Positions 60,708 through 64,000 of a stretch of 64,000 nucleotides of DNA are shown one piece after another. Position 1 is the first letter of the stretch. Each line of letters begins with the position of its first letter. The notes below the pieces were generated by a model. The model searched no databases, was not told the origin of the DNA, and saw only the letters and a program-made list of their open reading frames with translations. The translations under genes and the position numbers were made by a program. Origin of the DNA: Dehalococcoidia bacterium (GTDB taxonomy: Bacteria > Chloroflexota > Dehalococcoidia > UBA2979); contig OZ253555.1 of assembly GCA_965262725.1 (NCBI GenBank), positions 1,120,001 to 1,184,000 of the forward strand, in the 5' to 3' direction.

Positions 60708-61286
60708 CTAGCCATCGAGCAGGCCGGGGAGCGGCTCGATCAGGAGGCGGCGGCCGGCGAGGTCGACGTCGCGGACGATTTCGGCGGTGGCGGGGATGAG
60801 TGCCTCGCGGCCCTCCTCGTCGCGGACGACGTAGACGTCGTTCGCTCCCGTGCCCAGCACGTCAACCAGCTCGCCGACGTGCACGCCCGCGACCGTCATC
60901 ACTGAGAGCCCGATCATGTCGTGGACGTAGTGCCGGCCCTCGGGCGGCGGGGGCAGTTCGTCCCCCTCGATCTCGATCGCCGCGCCGCGCAGCGCCTCGG
61001 CGCCCTCGCGCCCATCGACGCCGGAGAAACGCACCACCGGGTGGCCACGCCGCGTGATCAGCGCCTCCACGCGGCGGGTCACGCCGGCCACCAGGAGCTC
61101 CGCGCCGACCCGGAAGCGCTCGGGATTCGAGCTGAGCGTGATGATGTTCACGTGCCCGGCGAGGCCCCAAGGCGCGCCAACGCGCCCCACCGTGACGCGC
61201 TCGGCGCGAGTCTGGCCCGGTATCGTGGCCGTCTCCGGTTCTCGGTGCTCTGAGTTCGTGCCGCGTTCGGGGGACGGCGTAGGCAC
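60708..61286 (-). CDS. rimM: 16S rRNA processing protein RimM
   Basis: VGRVGAPWGLAG, YVHDMIG, TGANDVYVV, LIPA, PLPGLL; operon context. Confidence 0.92.
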   Translation of the reverse strand: MPTPSPERGTNSEHREPETATIPGQTRAERVTVGRVGAPWGLAGHVNIITLSSNPERFRVGAELLVAGVTRRVEALITRRGHPVVRFSGVDGREGAEALRGAAIEIEGDELPPPPEGRHYVHDMIGLSVMTVAGVHVGELVDVLGTGANDVYVVRDEEGREALIPATAEIVRDVDLAGRRLLIEPLPGLLDG

Positions 61287-61301
61287 GGCCCCTCCGCTGG
61301 G

Positions 61302-61529
61302 TCAGTCGATCGAGAGAGTGGCGTCGACGCCAGCGCGCATCGACGCGACGTGCAGCAGTGAGCGCATCGCATTGGCGACGCGGCCGTCTCGACCGATGAT
61401 CCGGCCCTTGTCCTCGTCCGAGACGTGGAGGTAGATGACGACCCGGTCGCCCTCGACGACTTCCTCGACCTGGACCTCGTCGGGTTCCTCCGCGATCGTG
61501 CGGGCGAGGTACGCGATCAGATCGCCCAC
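61302..61529 (-). CDS. khpA: KH-domain RNA-binding protein
   Basis: DKGRIIGRDGRVANAMRSLL; lies between rpsP and rimM. Confidence 0.9.
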   Translation of the reverse strand: MGDLIAYLARTIAEEPDEVQVEEVVEGDRVVIYLHVSDEDKGRIIGRDGRVANAMRSLLHVASMRAGVDATLSID

Positions 61530-61532
61530 CGT

Positions 61533-61850
61533 CTAGGCCTCCGCCTCGGCGGCGCTCGCGTCAGTCCCCGCGTCGGCTCCGGCGGCAGTCGCCCGTCTCC
61601 GCGGCGGCTTCTCGATCAGTCCGCGAGCATGCAGCAGGCGGTGCACCGTCTCCGAGGGTGTCGCCCCGACGGAGAGCCAATGCCGGATCCGCTCCTCCTT
61701 CAGCTCCAGCGTCTTCGGCGAGGCCGCGGGGTTGTAGTGCCCGACGATCTCGACGAAGTCGCCGTCTCGCGGGTCACGACCGTCAGCGACCACGACCCTG
61801 TACGACGGCGCCTTGCGCCGCCCGGTCCGACGGAGCCGAATTCGGAGCAC
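61533..61850 (-). CDS. rpsP: 30S ribosomal protein S16
   Basis: LRIRLRRTG.RK.PSYRVVVAD.R.PRDG..E..GHYNP; GTG start with GGAGG RBS. Confidence 0.96.
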   Translation of the reverse strand: MLRIRLRRTGRRKAPSYRVVVADGRDPRDGDFVEIVGHYNPAASPKTLELKEERIRHWLSVGATPSETVHRLLHARGLIEKPPRRRATAAGADAGTDASAAEAEA

Positions 61851-61938
61851 GTGACCCTCCCATCGCGCCGCGCGTCGATCAGGCAGCGCCTGCCCGGGAA
61901 CGAGGTTCCCGAGACACCCGGCGCGCCGACCGGAGCAA

Positions 61939-63264
61939 CTACATACCCATGAGTTCGCGGAGAGCGCTGCCGCCACCGCGGCCGCCACCGGCCATAGCCT
62001 GCATGAGTTTCCTAGCTTTCGCGAACTGATTCAAGAGCCTGTTCACATCGGCGGGCGCTGTGCCGGAGCCCGCAGCGACGCGTCGGCGGCGGGATCCGTT
62101 GAGGATCTGGGGCCGCCTCCGCTCCTCCGGTGTCATCGAGCGGATGATCGCCTCGCTCCTCACGAGCTCGCGGTCGTCGACTTGGCTCTGCATCCCGGAC
62201 ATACCCGGCATCATCTCGAGGAGTCCGGCGAGCGAGCCCATCTGCTTCAGGTTCTGCATCTGGTCCAGGAAGTCCTGCAGGTCAAAGTCACCGCTGGCGA
62301 CGCGCTTGGCCACCGCCTTCGCGTCGCTCGCGCCGACCGTCTCCTTGGCGCGCTCGACGAGCGTGACCACGTCGCCCATGCCGAGCACGCGCGAGGCGAA
62401 TCGCTCCGGATGGAACTGCTCCAGCGCCTCCAGCCGTTCGCCGGTCGTGATGAACTTCACCGGGAGGCCCGTCACCGTTCGGACCGAGAGCACGGCGCCA
62501 CCCCGGGTGTCCGAGTCGACCTTCGTGACGACGATGCCCGTCCCTTCCAGCACCTCGTGGAACTCGCTGGCGAGCTCGACGGCGGATTGTCCGGTCATGG
62601 CATCGACGACGATCAAGACCTCGGTCGGGTCGATCGCGTCGGCGAGATCGATCAGGTCGTCGGCGAGGTCGTCGTCGAGGTCGACGCCGCCGCGCGTGTC
62701 GAAGACGACGGCGGTCGCTCCCGAGCGTCTCGCCTCCGCGAGCGCCCGCGTCCCGATCTCGGCGGTGGGCGCCTCCCGCTCCTCGGCGTAGACGGAGAGA
62801 CCGCTCGGTGCGCTCAGGGCCCGGAGCTGTTCGATCGCGGCGACGCGCTCGAAGTCGGTGGCGACCAGCAGCGGCTTCTCGCCGCGCTTCGCGAGATAGA
62901 GGCCGAGCCTCGCAGCGAGCGTGGTCTTCCCCGAGCCCTTGCTGCCGACGAGGAGGTAGACGGACGGGCCCTTCTCGGCGCTCCGGAGCTCGTGGGCGTC
63001 GCCGCCGAGCACCGCGGTCAGCTCCTCGTGCACGATGCCGACCACCTGCTGGCCCGGTGTCAGTGAACGGAGAACCTCTTGCCCGAGCGCGCGCTCGCGC
63101 ACGTGGGACATGAACTCGCGCACGACCTGAAAGTGGACGTCGGCCTCCAGCAGGGCGACGCGCACGTCGCGCAGAGCCTCGTCCAGCTGCGCCTCGGTGA
63201 TGCGGCCGCCCCTCCGCAAGCGCGAAAACGTTCGCGTGAGCCGCTCCGACAGCGCGTCTAGCAT
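61939..63264 (-). CDS. ffh: Signal recognition particle protein
   Basis: ALLEADV, NG GTPase domain, FHPERFASRVLGMGDV, M domain SMTPEER...SRRRRVA.GSG. Confidence 0.93.
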   Translation of the reverse strand: MLDALSERLTRTFSRLRRGGRITEAQLDEALRDVRVALLEADVHFQVVREFMSHVRERALGQEVLRSLTPGQQVVGIVHEELTAVLGGDAHELRSAEKGPSVYLLVGSKGSGKTTLAARLGLYLAKRGEKPLLVATDFERVAAIEQLRALSAPSGLSVYAEEREAPTAEIGTRALAEARRSGATAVVFDTRGGVDLDDDLADDLIDLADAIDPTEVLIVVDAMTGQSAVELASEFHEVLEGTGIVVTKVDSDTRGGAVLSVRTVTGLPVKFITTGERLEALEQFHPERFASRVLGMGDVVTLVERAKETVGASDAKAVAKRVASGDFDLQDFLDQMQNLKQMGSLAGLLEMMPGMSGMQSQVDDRELVRSEAIIRSMTPEERRRPQILNGSRRRRVAAGSGTAPADVNRLLNQFAKARKLMQAMAGGGRGGGSALRELMGM

Positions 63265-63388
63265 CAGGCGAGTCTATCCGCCGGGCGCGCTACGGACCGC
63301 GGCGTCGCGCGCGCGGGGCCGACGGAGTCCGCGCTCCGAGCGCTGCCGCCGCCCACGCGCGCGGGTGATGCCGCGGCGCACATGGCCC

Positions 63389-63434
63389 CTAGTGTCCTGA
63401 ATTGGAAATGCGATTGAGATATCCGGTGAGGTTG
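63389..63434 (+). mobile_element. Probable terminal sequence of an IS (IS630-like) interrupted by a group II intron
   Basis: CTAGTGTCCTGAATTGGAAAT at an abrupt drop in GC; resembles recalled TA-flanked IS630 ends; partner end not in window. Confidence 0.4.
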
Positions 63435-64000
63435 GTGTGTCCCGAAGTCGAAGGGCGGGTGACGTGATGACGTAACCGGTCTGGAGACATGCTCGTCGTT
63501 GCCAGCCGGTGCGAGTCCGGCACGGGTAACTGTCAGGAGGCCCGTTAGCAGGTCGGCGGCGCGGACGGGAAACGGTCCACGTCGAAGCCCGACGTCAAGA
63601 GCCCTATCAGGGGGAGCAACCAAGCGGTCCGCAGCATCAAGCGAAGCCTGCCGCGTCGTTAACGGATAGTGGAGGAGCCGAGCCCGGCAATTCAGGGCGA
63701 AGGCCATGGACGAGGTGAAGATCCTGAATGCGCGTTGCGCTGCAGCCTCAAGGAACCTCCCGGCGTAAGGGGCGTGGAACGTTTGGAAGGTAGCGACGGG
63801 AACGGGAGAAGCCCTCCCCGGCCCGGCACCCTGCGAGATGGTGTCGGAGCGAGGTGCCCTATAACCGGTCAAAGCCGGGAAGTGGGCAGCTAGCCGGAAG
63901 GGTGACGGAGGGGGTCGTAGTACCGCTTGAGCCGGACGGACAACACAACCGCCGGTGATGGGAAGGACCCCTGCTTTGCTCACGCGTGGGGAGTAGGGAT
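63435..64000 (+). mobile_element. Group II intron, 5' ribozyme part (domains I-III), truncated by window edge
   Basis: GTGTG 5' end, GGTGCGAGTCC D1 motif (63508), GGGAAC near the D1 3' end, D3-like GAGGGGGTCGTAGTA...GGGAAGGACCCCT. Confidence 0.8.

Noticed and set aside
63264-63983. 239-aa minus-strand ORF
   Set aside because: It is antisense to the group II intron RNA domains and has no protein motifs

Overview
Very GC-rich bacterial chromosomal window. The gene content (three F420-type LLM oxidoreductases, a PPOX/F420 protein, paired family III CoA-transferases, several acyl-CoA dehydrogenases, stand-alone gltB) suggests Chloroflexota of the Dehalococcoidia/SAR202 type; this is inference only. 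Core genes: dut, nfo, thyX, fabF, a CobB-like sirtuin, ggt, gltB, an RlmD-like methyltransferase, metE, nrdJ, pepP, an ABC-F ATPase, ffh-rpsP-khpA-rimM, tRNA-Arg(CCT) and tRNA-Ala(CGC). Mobile DNA: two complete IS5-family elements and an internally deleted IS481 remnant, all three inserted in TAG stop codons, plus a probable IS630-type end with the 5' part of a group II intron at the right edge. The best hidden feature is a probable selenoprotein that the ORF track splits in two: a lipoprotein with a 48-bp tandem-repeat stalk and a thioredoxin-like domain with W-U-P-S-C (in-frame TGA at 18317), followed by a SECIS-like hairpin. Other leads are a 6S-like rod-shaped RNA candidate next to a small basic protein, two small ORFs translationally coupled to metE, several enzymes with substituted catalytic residues, an unusually divergent Ffh GTPase, and three frameshifted genes. 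All product calls come from motifs recognised by eye; no database searches were run.
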